DNA of 63,119 bases, counting the filler, from Octopus bimaculoides (Eukaryota), in NCBI RefSeq assembly GCF_001194135.2. It is 8 parts of 7 records of this genome, joined end to end, with 100 filler letters (N's around TTAATTAATTAA, not from the genome) between each part and the next. Parts side by side here need not be neighbours in the genome. Positions count along the whole stretch, not along the records: positions 1 to 10,383 come from NC_068982.1; positions 10,484 to 18,536 come from NC_068986.1; 6 more parts are not named here. One strand, 5' to 3'. Position 1 is the stretch's first letter; each line of letters opens with the position of its first letter. Shown in pieces: positions 1 to 11,490 of this stretch. Made by a program: the position numbers and the translations under genes. A model generated the notes under the pieces. It worked only from the letters and a program-made list of their open reading frames with translations, did not search any database and was not told the origin of the DNA.

Positions 1-42
1 AATCACAGCAAAGAACTAGAGAAAAAAAAAACCAGTCGCCGA

Positions 43-45
<3 letters not shown>

Positions 46-135
<90 letters not shown>
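46..135. repeat. (ATT)n microsatellite
   Basis: About 30 perfect ATT units; source of the poly-N ORF 3..212. Many other (CA)n, (TA)n, (TATC)n, (TATG)n, (GA)n and (CAT)n tracts occur throughout the window and are not listed individually. Confidence 0.98.
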
Positions 136-136
<1 letters not shown>

Positions 137-516
137 GTTTATTGATTTGCCAGTTGAACAAGTGACGATGCTGTATAGTGACAGTTAAGTGGCATATAAC
201 AATCAAGACCACTCGTACTAGATGTCAGAATTTTTTTGTGTACGTGTGTAACCGTACACAACTTTATAAAAAATATGTAGTCATTTACACAAGCACATAA
301 ATGCACACACACACACACACACGCGCGCATATGCTTACGTTTATATACATATATTATGTATGCACCGGTATACATACGTATAGGTGTATATGGCAGCGTG
401 TGTGAGTGCATATCTACAAGTGCATAGAAAGAAGTAGGTATGTCCAGTATCATATACGAAAGCGGCGATAAAATCCGATGTTATTCATCTTTGCTTGTGC
501 ATTATTTCAAGAAGCA

Positions 517-1660
517 AAGACAGCGAGTTGGCAGAAACGTTAGCGCGCCGAACGAAATGCTTAGCATTATTTCGTCTGCCGCTATGTTCTGAGTTCAAAT
601 TCCGCCGAGGTCGACTTTGCCTTTCATCCTTACGGGGTCGATTAAAAAAGTACCAGTTACGCACTGGAGTCGATATAATCGAATTAATCCGTTTGTCTGT
701 CCTTGCTTGACCCCCCCTCTGTGTGTACCCCCTTCTGGGCAATAAAGAAATAAGAAACATGAGCATGCAAGACGAAATGCTTAGCGGTATTTCGTCTATC
801 TTTACGTTCTGGGTTCAAATTCCCTCGAGGTCGACTTTGCCTTTCATCCTTACGGGGTCCATAAATTAAGTACCAGTTGCGTACTGGGGTAGATCTAATC
901 GACTGGCTCACTTCCCCCAAAATTTCGGGCCTCGTGCTTAGAGGGGAAAAGATTATTTCAGGAAATGAAGGCGGTGAGTTGGCAGAAACGTTAGCACGCC
1001 GCTACGTTCTGAGTTCAAATCCCGCCGAGGTCAACTTTTCCTTTCATCCTTTCGGGGTCGATTGAATAAGTACCAGTTACGCACTGGGGTCGACATAATC
1101 AGCTTAATCCATTTGTCTGTCCTTGTTTGTCCCCTCTGTGTGTAGCCCCTTGTGGGTAGTAAAGAAATAAGAAACGTTAGCACGCCGGGCCAAATGCTTA
1201 GCAGCATTTCATCGGTCTTTACGTTCTGAGTTCAATTTCCGCCGAGATCGACTTTGCCTTTCATCCATTCAGGGTCGATAAATTAAGTACCAATTGCGTA
1301 CTGGGGTCGATCTAACCGACTGGTCCCCTCCCCCAAAATTTCGGGCCTTGTGTCTAGAATAGAAAAGATTATTTCAGGAAACGATGAATATTGACAGAAA
1401 GAATGCAAAGAAGAGGAAACTATTAGTAGTGATGCTTTAAAACATCAGCTTCGTAACACTTTTAGTCTTTTGTATCAACTATGTCTGTGTGGCAGAATCG
1501 TTAGCATGCCGGAGTTAATGGTTAGCGTCATTTAAACCATCTCTACGTTCTGAGTTCAGATGCTACCGAGGTGTCGATAAAATAGGTACTAGTTGTGAAT
1601 GTAATCGACCTCTCCCTCACCCAAAATTTCAGGCCTATAGTTGAAAGATTATTGCTATTA
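517..1660 (+). mobile_element. Cluster of five copies of a tRNA-derived octopus-type SINE (head GGCGGTGAGTTGGCAGAAACGTTAGC; body TTCTGAGTTCAAATTCCGCCGAGGTCGACTTTGCC)
   Basis: Copies at ~517-758, ~759-960, ~968-1174, ~1175-1375 and a degraded one at ~1490-1660 share A-box/B-box-like head (GAGTTCAAAT) and body; two alternative 3' tails alternate. Confidence 0.9.
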
Positions 1661-1731
1661 TTATGTGTATGTATGTATGTATAAACTTATGTGTGTATGC
1701 GTGTATGTACATACACACTTACTCACATATA

Positions 1732-1954
1732 CGACGGGGATGCTGAAAAGTTCTTGGCTTTAAGGATATCACGAAAGGCCTGGTTGGAGACCCAACCTTT
1801 TGGGTTCTTTCTCAAGACTTAGAAAAGCTGAAGGATCACTGCAATAACTGTGTGAATTTGAGAGGGGAATATGTTCAATATAATCATAATTAAGTGATCC
1901 CCATGTATTTTCTTTTAGTCAAATCCAGGAACTTTTCAGCTCTCCCTCCCCTCG
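1732..1954 (+). mobile_element. Mariner-derived MITE
   Basis: Imperfect TIRs CGACGGGGATGCTGAAAAGTTCTTGG / CCAGGAACTTTTCAGC..CCCCTCG flanked by TA on both sides; interior resembles the last codons of a mariner transposase (..C.N.RGEYV..). Confidence 0.8.
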
Positions 1955-2535
1955 TATATCTAATTTGGGTATTAAGCCAGGATTTGCGCCATTGTTACAT
2001 AATATAGTAAGATTGATGAGATCAAATTAAGGTGAAACAATTGTAAATTGATGCATTAAAAAGACTTGTGCACTGTATTCTTCTTGCTTGCAATTTCATA
2101 TATATATTATATATATATATATATATATATNNNNNNNNNNNNNNNNNNNNNNNNNNNNNNNNNNNNNNNNNNNNNNNNNNNNNNNNNNNNNNNNNNNNNN
2201 NNNNNNNNNNNNNNNNNNNNNNNNNNNNNNNNNNNNNNNNNNNNNNNNNNNNNNNNNNNNNNNNNNNNNNNNNNNNNNNNNNNNNNNNNNNNNNNNNNNN
2301 NNNNNNNNNNNNNNNNNNNNNNNNNNNNNNNNNNNNNNNNNNNNNNNNNNNNNNNNNNNNNNNNNNNNNNNNNNNNNNNNNNNNNNNNNNNNNNNNNNNN
2401 NNNNNNNNNNNNNNNNNNNNNNNNNNNNNNNNNNNNNNNNNNNNNNNNNNNNNNNNNNNNNNNNNNNNNNNNNNNNNNNNNNNNNNNNNNNNNNNNNNNN
2501 NNNNNNNNNNNNNNNNNNNNNNNNNNNNNNNNNNN

Positions 2536-2580
<45 letters not shown>

Positions 2581-2704
2581 AGAGAGAGAGAGTTAGGTTA
2601 CATTCTGATAAGAATGTAGTAGAGTACAGTATAAAGCTCGTCTACCTTTAGATTTCAACCAGTCACGTCCAACTGCCAGATTTGCGTTGGGACTTCTGTA
2701 GTGT

Positions 2705-3182
2705 GTGAATGGATAATTGAATAAGCTGTAGTCAACAAGAGGGAGTACAGAGCAACATTTATTTGTAATCGCTACAATTGTTTCTTCGCAATGTAGCTCT
2801 CCAGGTTCGCAGGCATTTGGTTATATAACCGTTTCTCGGCCTTGTGAGATCTTGTTATGGTTCATCAGGTGATATATAAATATTCATTCTGTGGTCCATA
2901 AACTCAAATTTTTGGCTTCGACCATATCCTCTCTGTCTGTCCTCGTTATGCGAGGTAGTAGTATCTGCTTAGTATATCAAATTTGAGTTTACGGAAGCCA
3001 GAAGCAATATTTAAATATCACCTGATGAAACAACACGATCTCACAATGCAAGGAAACAGTTATATAACCAAATACTTGTGAACCTCGAGAGCAACATCGC
3101 GTTGAAACAATTGTAGTAATTACAAATAAATGTTGCTCTGTACTCCTTCTTGTTGGCTCCAACTTATTTAATTATCCATTCA
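2705..3182. repeat. Imperfect inverted repeat (~200-bp arms), probably inverted Penelope-like terminal sequences
   Basis: Arms ~2705-2905 and ~2980-3182 are reverse complements with scattered mismatches; each carries CTGATGA and GAAACAATTGTAG motifs typical of degraded Penelope pseudo-LTR hammerheads. Confidence 0.75.
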
Positions 3183-3204
3183 GTATATACATATATATCT
3201 GTGA

Positions 3205-3238
<34 letters not shown>

Positions 3239-3280
3239 ATGTGTGTATGGATTTATTAAAGCTACAAAATTAACACTAAT

Positions 3281-3402
3281 CTGTTACTCAGAGTTTCACG
3301 TCCCCGTTCGTTGACAGTTATGATAAAAAACTGAATTAAAATTTTGATTCAGTTTTCATCCAAAATGTCCGACGAATGAGAACGTGACACTCTGAGTAAC
3401 AG
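3281..3402. mobile_element. Foldback MITE-like palindrome
   Basis: CTGTTACTCAGAGTTTCACGT ... ACGTGACACTCTGAGTAACAG outer arms with inner AAAACTGAAT/ATTCAGTTTT arms. Confidence 0.7.
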
Positions 3403-3596
3403 TTTTATGATAATTTTTCAGCTCTAACTACAACATATTACCCTACCTTTGATATTCGAGTACTATTTTTTCCACTGTATATATATATATTAGAAATATT
3501 ATATTTCTAATTTTGCTGATCAGTGAATGAACTTCACTATGATTTACATAAGTTTGCGAAGGAGAAACAGGCCTCTCTATCCAGCTGGCAGGCTAC

Positions 3597-3639
3597 TTCA
3601 GGCTGATGACGAGCAAAGACTCAGAAACATGTCCCTGAA
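3597..3639 (+). ncRNA. Minimal type-I hammerhead ribozyme motif
   Basis: TTCAGG-CTGATGA-C-GAG(caaaga)CTC-A-GAAAC-AT-GTC-CCTGAA: 6-bp stem I, intact CUGAnGA and GAAA core, palindromic stem III, GUC cleavage triplet; C.A mismatch at the base of stem II. Confidence 0.7.
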
Positions 3640-4234
3640 TGCTGGCTAGGCAGGGTGGGGGAGCTTGTCTCCCCTTCACAAACTTAAGGACACAGTAATT
3701 GTGTCAAGGCCGACAGGAAGCGGTCCAGCTTCCTAGGGCTAAACAGCAGTAGTGTATTCCCTTATTGGGATTGTCACATTAAGTTGACAATATACTACAA
3801 CTTTATATATATATAGTTTNNNNNNNNNNNNNNNNNNNNNNNNNNNNNNNNNNNNNNNNNNNNNNNNNNNNNNNNNNNNNNNNNNNNNNNNNNNNNNNNN
3901 NNNNNNNNNNNNNNNNNNNNNNNNNNNNNNNNNNNNNNNNNNNNNNNNNNTATATATATATATATATATATATATTACGGCTAGTTAAAATATGTTTTTG
4001 ACATATTTCAACTGTACTGATTTGTTACTTCGTATAAAAGTCTGGAGAGGAGGTCAGACAGTTTAGACCTCGTTGCCGGACCTTACTAAACTTAAGCATA
4101 TACATACATGCGTGCATGCATGCATATACACACACACATATATGTGTTGTACATGCATGTCTTTGTCTTTCTGTCTCTCTGTCTGAATGTATGTACGTAT
4201 GTATGTATGTTATTATTCAGCTTTATTTCAAGAT

Positions 4235-4660
4235 TTCTTGCCAATAGAGAAAGAATCAATTTCTAACCTAGATCCACGGCTCCTTCATTGGAATTTCAAC
4301 AATATCAACAGGGTATTTTTGTTTGCATGTATGCATATGTGCAAATTTGTATGTTTTGTTTTATGTATATTTTCTCATGCATATAGGTGGATATCTAGAC
4401 ATGCTCATATATACTTAAATGATAAACTTCAGGGAAGTTTTACAGATTTTTACAGTTCCAGTGATGGATCGGATCTGTAGTCTTCGAATCAACTTTCTAT
4501 TTCTGGCTTTGAGAAGCCTAATTTCTCAAGGTTGGTATTTAGGCAGTGAGTATGTTATCAATCAGTTTAATTTCTGTATTTCTTGTCAATAGAGAAAGAG
4601 CCGGACTCTAACATAGATTCAAGGCTCCTTCATTGGAACTTTTATCAACATCATCTAGGT
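4235..4660. repeat. Two copies (~4235-4320, ~4575-4660) of an ~85-bp dispersed repeat, probably a retroelement terminus
   Basis: TTTCTTG(C/T)CAATAGAGAAAGA..CTAAC.TAGAT.CA.GGCTCCTTCATTGGAA occurs twice. Confidence 0.7.
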
Positions 4661-4954
4661 ATTTGTGCATGTGTGTGTGTGTGTGTATGTGTGTGTGTGT
4701 GTGCAGTATTTGGTGTTAGTGTATGCGCAGATTTGTATGTTTGTTTTATGGATGCGTTTTTATGTATATATTTTCATGTCTAGGCGTATGCATATGTATT
4801 TATGCGCAGATTTGTATGTTTGTTTTATGGATGCGTTTTCATGTATAAATTTTCATGTCTAGATGCATGCATATGTATTTATGTGCTATGTATGTATGTA
4901 TGTATGTATGCATGTATGTATGCATGCATGCAGGCATGTATGTATGTATGTATG

Positions 4955-4985
<31 letters not shown>

Positions 4986-5430
4986 AATTTTATTGATAAA
5001 GTTTGTGGTTTTTAAGTTTGGCAATCTGATTATCCCACAAACACAGAATGAAACTTCGAAATTACTATTAATAAGCTCATTCTATAATAGTAGTCTTTCG
5101 CTTACAGTGGGCCCTTATTCAGTTAGTCGTCACTATTTTTTATGCACATAAAATGAGTACGAGTTGGAATAAGGCATACACAGGCGCAGATATACATAAA
5201 TATCTGTGTTCACATATACTCATACACACAAATACACACACGCACACACACACACACATATACGCACATACAGAGAAAAAGACAGAGAGAAAGCAAAGAA
5301 AAGAGAGAAAACGGCTTCATAAATCAACATAACTTTGTTGTAAAGCTATGATACATAATATATCAGTGTATTATATGCCCCCCCACCTCAGACTACACGC
5401 ATGCATACACAGATGCATCTATGCTACGTA

Positions 5431-5461
<31 letters not shown>

Positions 5462-5489
5462 GTGTGAACGCGTGTGTGAGAGATAGAGA

Positions 5490-5534
<45 letters not shown>

Positions 5535-7488
5535 TGGAGTGGCTGGTCGAGCGGACTGTGACAGTTTTATTACACACACTCACACACACTCAGGTATAAA
5601 CCCTTTATTATATCTGATCTATTTATTTTGGAATGTTTCCCCCCACCAAAAGACAAATGACACCTTTCGAAATTATCCCAGGTACTTCGGTAGAGGATTA
5701 TCCATTCTGTTACTAAGTTGAATCATCAAGCGGCCTAATCTTTTTTTGAAAACTGTTTATTGGATTTTTATCTTTATTTTCGCTATTATCTATATTTGAA
5801 TGACGATTTATTATTGTTGCTTCTATTGTTATAGTTGTTGTTGCTATTGTTGTTGTCATCGTTGTCATCGTGGTAGTGTGAGTATAAGACTTATCTTGTA
5901 CCTACTTATGATTCGTAATTCGAACTTAATTAATAGGTGATCGTGTCGCAGCAACGGTGGATCCCGTTCATTTTCTGTTTCTTATCCATACTTTATCTTC
6001 TTTTGCAGTGGTAGCAGTTGTTGTTGTTGTTTTTGCTTTTGATAATCCATACTGATGATGTCTAGGCTTAGGTCTAACCAAATCCTGTTGAAACGGTGCC
6101 ATGGTCAGAACCACTCGTTCCAATCGTACCGTTATAATTTTTTTTGTCAGCCTCTTGTTGATCTCCGTTGTGCTTCGAATTCGATGCTTGTTGAAGTTCG
6201 GCTACTTAAATGGTAATTCAATAACAAGGTAGATAATTTAATCAATCAACTGAATATCTATAACCTAAACCACCGGATGTATATATANNNNNNNNNNNNN
6301 NNNNNNNNNNNNNNNNNNNNNNNNNNNNNNNNNNNNNNNNNNNNNNNNNNNNNNNNNNNNNNNNNNNTATATATATATATATATGAATTCATAATTTATT
6401 GAAATTATCTCCGCTTCCAGAGAAAGTAGGCAATTTTACTTAGTAGGAATTGATACCAAGTCCCAGCAAGTGGGATGATAAACTCATGAATCAAGAATTC
6501 TCTACAATAGTCATAACATTAAAATGAGGCATTTTCTTTGCTCGAAGAAAAAGATGGCGGCTGTAGATACCTGTTTTGCTACAATAGACACCATCAGTAC
6601 GGCAATTGTCTTACGTTATTTTCAGTAAAGAAACGCATAACCATATATAAAAAAGCGCAGAACACATTTGTGGCCAAGGCAGTAATGTGTAAGTAAAACA
6701 AAAGCAAGCTAAGATTATAATGTTTTTGAACATCAAAGACGAATAAGTGCATATTGAATCGCAAACAAGACAAATAAGTAGAACCATAGAAAGATATTTA
6801 AGTTACGTATATATGTTGTACGCACGCACATACACACACACGCACAGATTTTTGTATGTATGCATGAATATATATNNNNNNNNNNNNNNNNNNNNNNNNN
6901 NNNNNNNNNNNNNNNNNNNNNNNNNNNNNNNNNNNNNNNNNNNNNNNNNNNNNNNNNNNNNNNNNNNNNNNNNNNNNNNNNNNNNNNNNNNNNNNNNNNN
7001 NNNNNNNNNNNNNNNNNNNNNNNNNNNNNNNNNNNNNNNNNNNNNNNNNNNNNNNNNNNNNNNNNNNNNNNNNNNNNNNNNNNNNNNNNNNNNNNNNNNN
7101 NNNNNNNNNNNNNNNNNNNNNNNNNNNNNNNNNNNNNNNNNNNNNNNNNNNNNNNNNNNNNNNNNNNNNNNNNNNNNNNNNNNNNNNNNNNNNNNNNNNN
7201 NNNNNNNNNNNNNNNNNNNNNNNNNNNNNNNNNNNNNNNNNNNNNNNNNNNNNNNNNNNNNNNNNNNNNNNNNNNNNNNNNNNNNNNNNNNNNNNNNNNN
7301 NNNNNNNNNNNNNNNNNNNNNNNNNNNNNNNNNNNNNNNNNNNNNNNNNNNNNNNNNNNNNNNNNNNNNNNNNNNNNNNNNNNNNNNNNNNNNNNNNNNN
7401 NNNNNNNNNNNNNNNNNNNNNNNNNNNNNNNNNNNNNNNNNNNNNNNNNNNNNNNNNNNNNNNNNNNNNNNNNNNNNNNNNNNNNNNN

Positions 7489-7729
7489 ATGGAATATGTC
7501 TTATTGAATATATGAAATATTGAGTGTTCAATATAAAGGATTAAATATATAAAGGCGAATACGTATTTTCTATACCTGGTGGTATTTCATCATGGCCGGT
7601 CTGTTAAAGTCTGTCATACCGGCCATGATGAAATACCACCAGGTATAGAAAATACGTATTCGCCTTTATATATTTAATCCTTTATATTGAACACTCAATA
7701 TTTCATATATTCAATAAGACATATTCCAT
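7489..7729. repeat. Perfect inverted repeat, 112-bp arms (7489-7600, 7618-7729), 17-nt spacer
   Basis: Arms are exact reverse complements; left arm abuts an N gap; contains a hammerhead-like motif at 7621-7664. Confidence 0.95.
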
Positions 7730-8009
7730 ATATTCAATAAGACATTCAATACTTTATTTCATTGTACCATCCATTTTTATATTATATATTGTATATTCCA
7801 TATTCTATATCCCACATTAATTTTACATACAAATATATGATAAACAATGGAGAAGTGTCACTTTATTACAGGTGTTTCTAACGAATTTTTTTAATAGATT
7901 GATGAATACATTACATCACGATAAAAAAAAAACGCCTTCTTCAGAGGATACATAATATTTTAAACAATATAAGAACAATACATGTATATATACTTTCTTT
8001 TCTATAATG

Positions 8010-8870
8010 TTATTCAATAAAGCCACCTTCAACTTCAACAAACGCTTCTATATGAGATCTAAATCATCTACATGCTCGAATCAAGTGGTCCTGGTTCATT
8101 TTGGACATTATTCTGACTATGGCAGCTTTCAAAGAATGTTTGGTGTTATGGGCATGTTCATTGACCTTTCTCTCAACAATGCTCCACATGTAATAGTCCA
8201 ATGGATTGAGATCTGGGGAATTAGGAGGCTAAATGTTAGAAGTTATGTGATCATGAAAATGTTCCCCCATCCATTCCTGTGTTACTAGAGCCATGTGTGA
8301 TAGTGCAGTCTTACTGAAACACTTATGGCCTTCCATTGCATACACTGTTTATCCAGAGCTTAACAATTATTTCCAGGACCTCAATGTAGGTGGCAGAGTT
8401 AACTCTAAGGCGTTGTGGAAAGAAGTAAGGAGGCATCATATGTCCTTCATTGCTGACAGCCCCTAAAACCATGACAGTTGCAGGAAATTTTGCATGCATA
8501 ACACTTCGAACTTCAGAAGGGTCTGCACATAGTCATCTGTCATTTCTTCCGTTAAATTTTTGATCTGGGTTGAAGTTTTTCTCGTTTGAGTAAAACCAAA
8601 TCAAATCTTCTGCAGGATTTTTGAGTTTGTTTAAGAACCGTTTAGATCTGATGTAGAGATTTTATTTTGCTTTTTCTTACAAATTGACCTTTCCTCATCA
8701 TATAAGACTTATATCTGATGTCTTCGTGGACAACATTTCTGACTGTTCCTTCTGACACGTGGAGATCTTTTTCAATTGACCTCATGGGCTTTCTGAGATT
8801 GTAATCAATGGTCTGTTTAACTTGAATACACACACATTCACTCACATATAGATACCTGTGGTACATTGCG
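8010..8870 (-). mobile_element. Degraded Tc1/mariner-superfamily transposase
   Basis: Minus-strand frames give ..QQDSALSH..PPNSPDLNPLDYYMWSIVE..RACRRFRSHIEAFVEVEGGFIE and an HTH-region piece (ORF 8642..8866); stops and frameshifts present. Confidence 0.85.
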
Positions 8871-9813
8871 TTACCTTTATCATTATTATTCGTTTTTAGC
8901 AGTTGAACATAAAGCGATATATCATAGCAGAGGTCATCCTGTTAGAGTGCCAGACATGACAGGATGCATGACTGGATTCAATTAGGTCTCCCCCGTAATC
9001 CTTGTCATTAAATATTCATCGGGGTTGATTTTACAAGTCGATCACACGCTGCTCTTATCTATGGCCTTATATCAGTTTTGGAAGTCATATTTTAATGTAG
9101 GTTGCAGATTATAGCTAAGAGATTAAACATATCTGGTTGTATATATTTACCTCTCAACAATGTGGGGTTTTCACTCACATTCATCTATTTCAGGATGATA
9201 ATAAACGTACAAAGCTTACTAATGGATTATCATATTATATACTTTATCTCCCTAAAATGAGAAATCAAAAGTTTGGGTTATTTAACATTTTTTTTTACAC
9301 ATTAGCAACTGGATTTAAATGGATTGCCATCAACAGTTCATTAAACATGTCAGCTTTGGAGAATTCTTGAATCTTGATTATTTCGCACTTGTCGTATGAA
9401 ACTATTCTCAAGTAACATTACATAATTGCGACATATCTTCTAAGAAAGGAGACAGTGTTAAAAATCAAGAATTAACGTTGTATGCTATTTCATATAACTA
9501 AGAGTGATTTTTCTATGTTGTCCATACAAGCCACTGGCTATGCTTTACTGAGTTCATTTGTGTTTAATTTATGCAAATTACTCAATTCATACACGTGTTT
9601 GTTTTCTTTTTGTATATGCGCTATGTCCATTGGTTGCTGTAGATATATTCAGACACTTGTCGCGCTGTTCATACTTATTGAGGTAGAAACTCGCATCCAT
9701 AACTGTTTTCTATCTTCAAACAATGAGGCTGTCTTTTAACTTAATGGCACATCAAATTTGGAGAAATCTTGGTTCTTAAGGCTATCTCTTCTCCAGGTGA
9801 TATTGTCTCAAAA

Positions 9814-9855
<42 letters not shown>

Positions 9856-10383
9856 TATATAAAAAGAAAAGCATCTCAAAAGACTTCATACTGTAGCCCC
9901 TGTTCCCCCGGCTAGCCAGCACAGCTGTGCATTGTGTAATAGAATGCGCAAACCTTTGGCCAGCTTCAAGAGTCATACAAGGGCCTCACATTACATCATC
10001 AATGATTCATATCAATGATTCTGTCTAGCAATGACTTTGCTCGTATGCGAGAAAGCACCTACTATATATACTTATGTGTGTGCGTGTGTGTGTATGTGTG
10101 TGTGTGTGTGCATGTTTGTGTGTGTGTACATTTATGCATATATATTGGTGCGCTACGATGGATTATTTAAGACTTGGCTCTTATTTCTAGCAGCTAGATG
10201 CTCATTAAGCATCATTACGATATTTCATAGCTCCTTAAAGCTATCATAACTGCGTTCCACCAATGCTACTACTGGTGATATCATCAAATTTTGAATTTAT
10301 CCACAGATGATATGAACAGTAGTGACATCTAACTTCAAATCTCAGTGTTTGAATATTTCATTTATATATATATATATATATAT

Positions 10384-10483
10384 NNNNNNNNNNNNNNNNN
10401 NNNNNNNNNNNNNNNNNNNNNNNNNNNTTAATTAATTAANNNNNNNNNNNNNNNNNNNNNNNNNNNNNNNNNNNNNNNNNNNN
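10384..10483. other. Assembly spacer 44N-TTAATTAATTAA-44N (also 18537-18636, 24865-24964, 33116-33215, 38794-38893, 45453-45552, 60305-60404)
   Basis: Identical 100-nt layout seven times; the 12-mer gives stop codons in all six frames. Confidence 0.97.
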
Positions 10484-10967
10484 ATATATGTTTCTTTTTT
10501 TATGTAAGTAAAGGAAAATGCTGTTCTTTACTGAGTGAAGACAAACTGTATCTCTCTCTCTCTTACACTTTATATGTGTATATATGGCAGGTAGGTATGT
10601 GGCTCACATACATGTAAATGCGTTCCATTGGTAAACCAGTATCCTTTATCTTCTTTAAGGAAAACCTATTTAGATAAATTGCAATGTTTAAATGCATGCC
10701 AAGTGATTCCCTTGCTCATACTTGCTTTATGTTGAAAGTAATGATATGAACTGCATTTAAACCACGTAATGGTAAAGACTTGTACTCTCACATCTTTAGC
10801 TCACTCTTTACAATGTTTATTTTTTTTTAAACCTTGATCACATACACCCTTCATTATTATTATTATGTCAGAAATGCATATGATAATAATAACAAAATAA
10901 AATATATCAAATAGATAAAAATTTCCTACAAGTCAATGTGGATGCATCTTTGCAGTTAATCAGCCTA

Positions 10968-11064
10968 CTAGGTAAGAAGTAGTTCAGAAAACTTCATCTC
11001 AATTGTTAAATTATACTGTGATGATGTGAAGAGAACAGCTGAATTAATTTGTCCTGTCATCCAT
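10968..11064 (-). CDS. Candidate terminal coding exon of an unidentified gene (xWMTGQINSAVLFTSSQYNLTIEMKFSELLLT*)
   Basis: Pyrimidine-rich acceptor TTTGCTATATTTTGTTAG at 11065-11066, then 31 sense codons to TAG; no recognised homology. Confidence 0.25.
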
Positions 11065-11344
11065 CTAACAAAATATAGCAAAAGTAAGTAAACAACCAGT
11101 AGTTTTCTTACAAAAAATTTTCTCAACCTATTTATTTAAGATTTTAACCAATGTTCTGAAAAAAATGAAATCAATCAACATCATCAATTTATAGTTAAAA
11201 AGTGTTGACATTGACAAAAGATTCTTGCAAACCACTTAAATCATGCCTGTTTTAGTACACAGCATATATATATATATATATATTGTATGTTTCTCTGAGT
11301 GGATTTGTGTCTTCTTGTCTTTATATCACATTTATTTCCAGTCA

Positions 11345-11490
11345 TTTGTGAAAATATTTGGCTGAGGGGGAAATATTAACTTTCTTGGAAATAGATGAGG
11401 GTTAGCAACGAAAGGGCATCTGGCCATAAAAAATCTGCTTTAGCAAAATCTGTCAGAGCCATAGAAGTATGGAAAAATAGTTGTTAAATG
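11345..11490 (+). mobile_element. Degraded SINE fragment (GAGGGTT.GCAAC..AAGGGCATC.GGCC body, GAT tail); related copy on the opposite strand at ~51195-51360
   Basis: Shared GGAAA(C/T)AG(G/A)TGAGG motif between the two loci; first copy ends in (GAT)n. Confidence 0.6.

Noticed and set aside
9240-9815. Coding-looking minus-strand stretches
   Set aside because: All frames break within about 40 codons and no motif recognised; possibly a decayed element.
10428-10439. TTAATTAATTAA as a homeodomain site or biological palindrome
   Set aside because: Always centred in 44N+44N; synthetic spacer.
11111-11155. Minus-strand mini-exon with good splice sites
   Set aside because: Stops in all three frames and too close to the acceptor at 11065.
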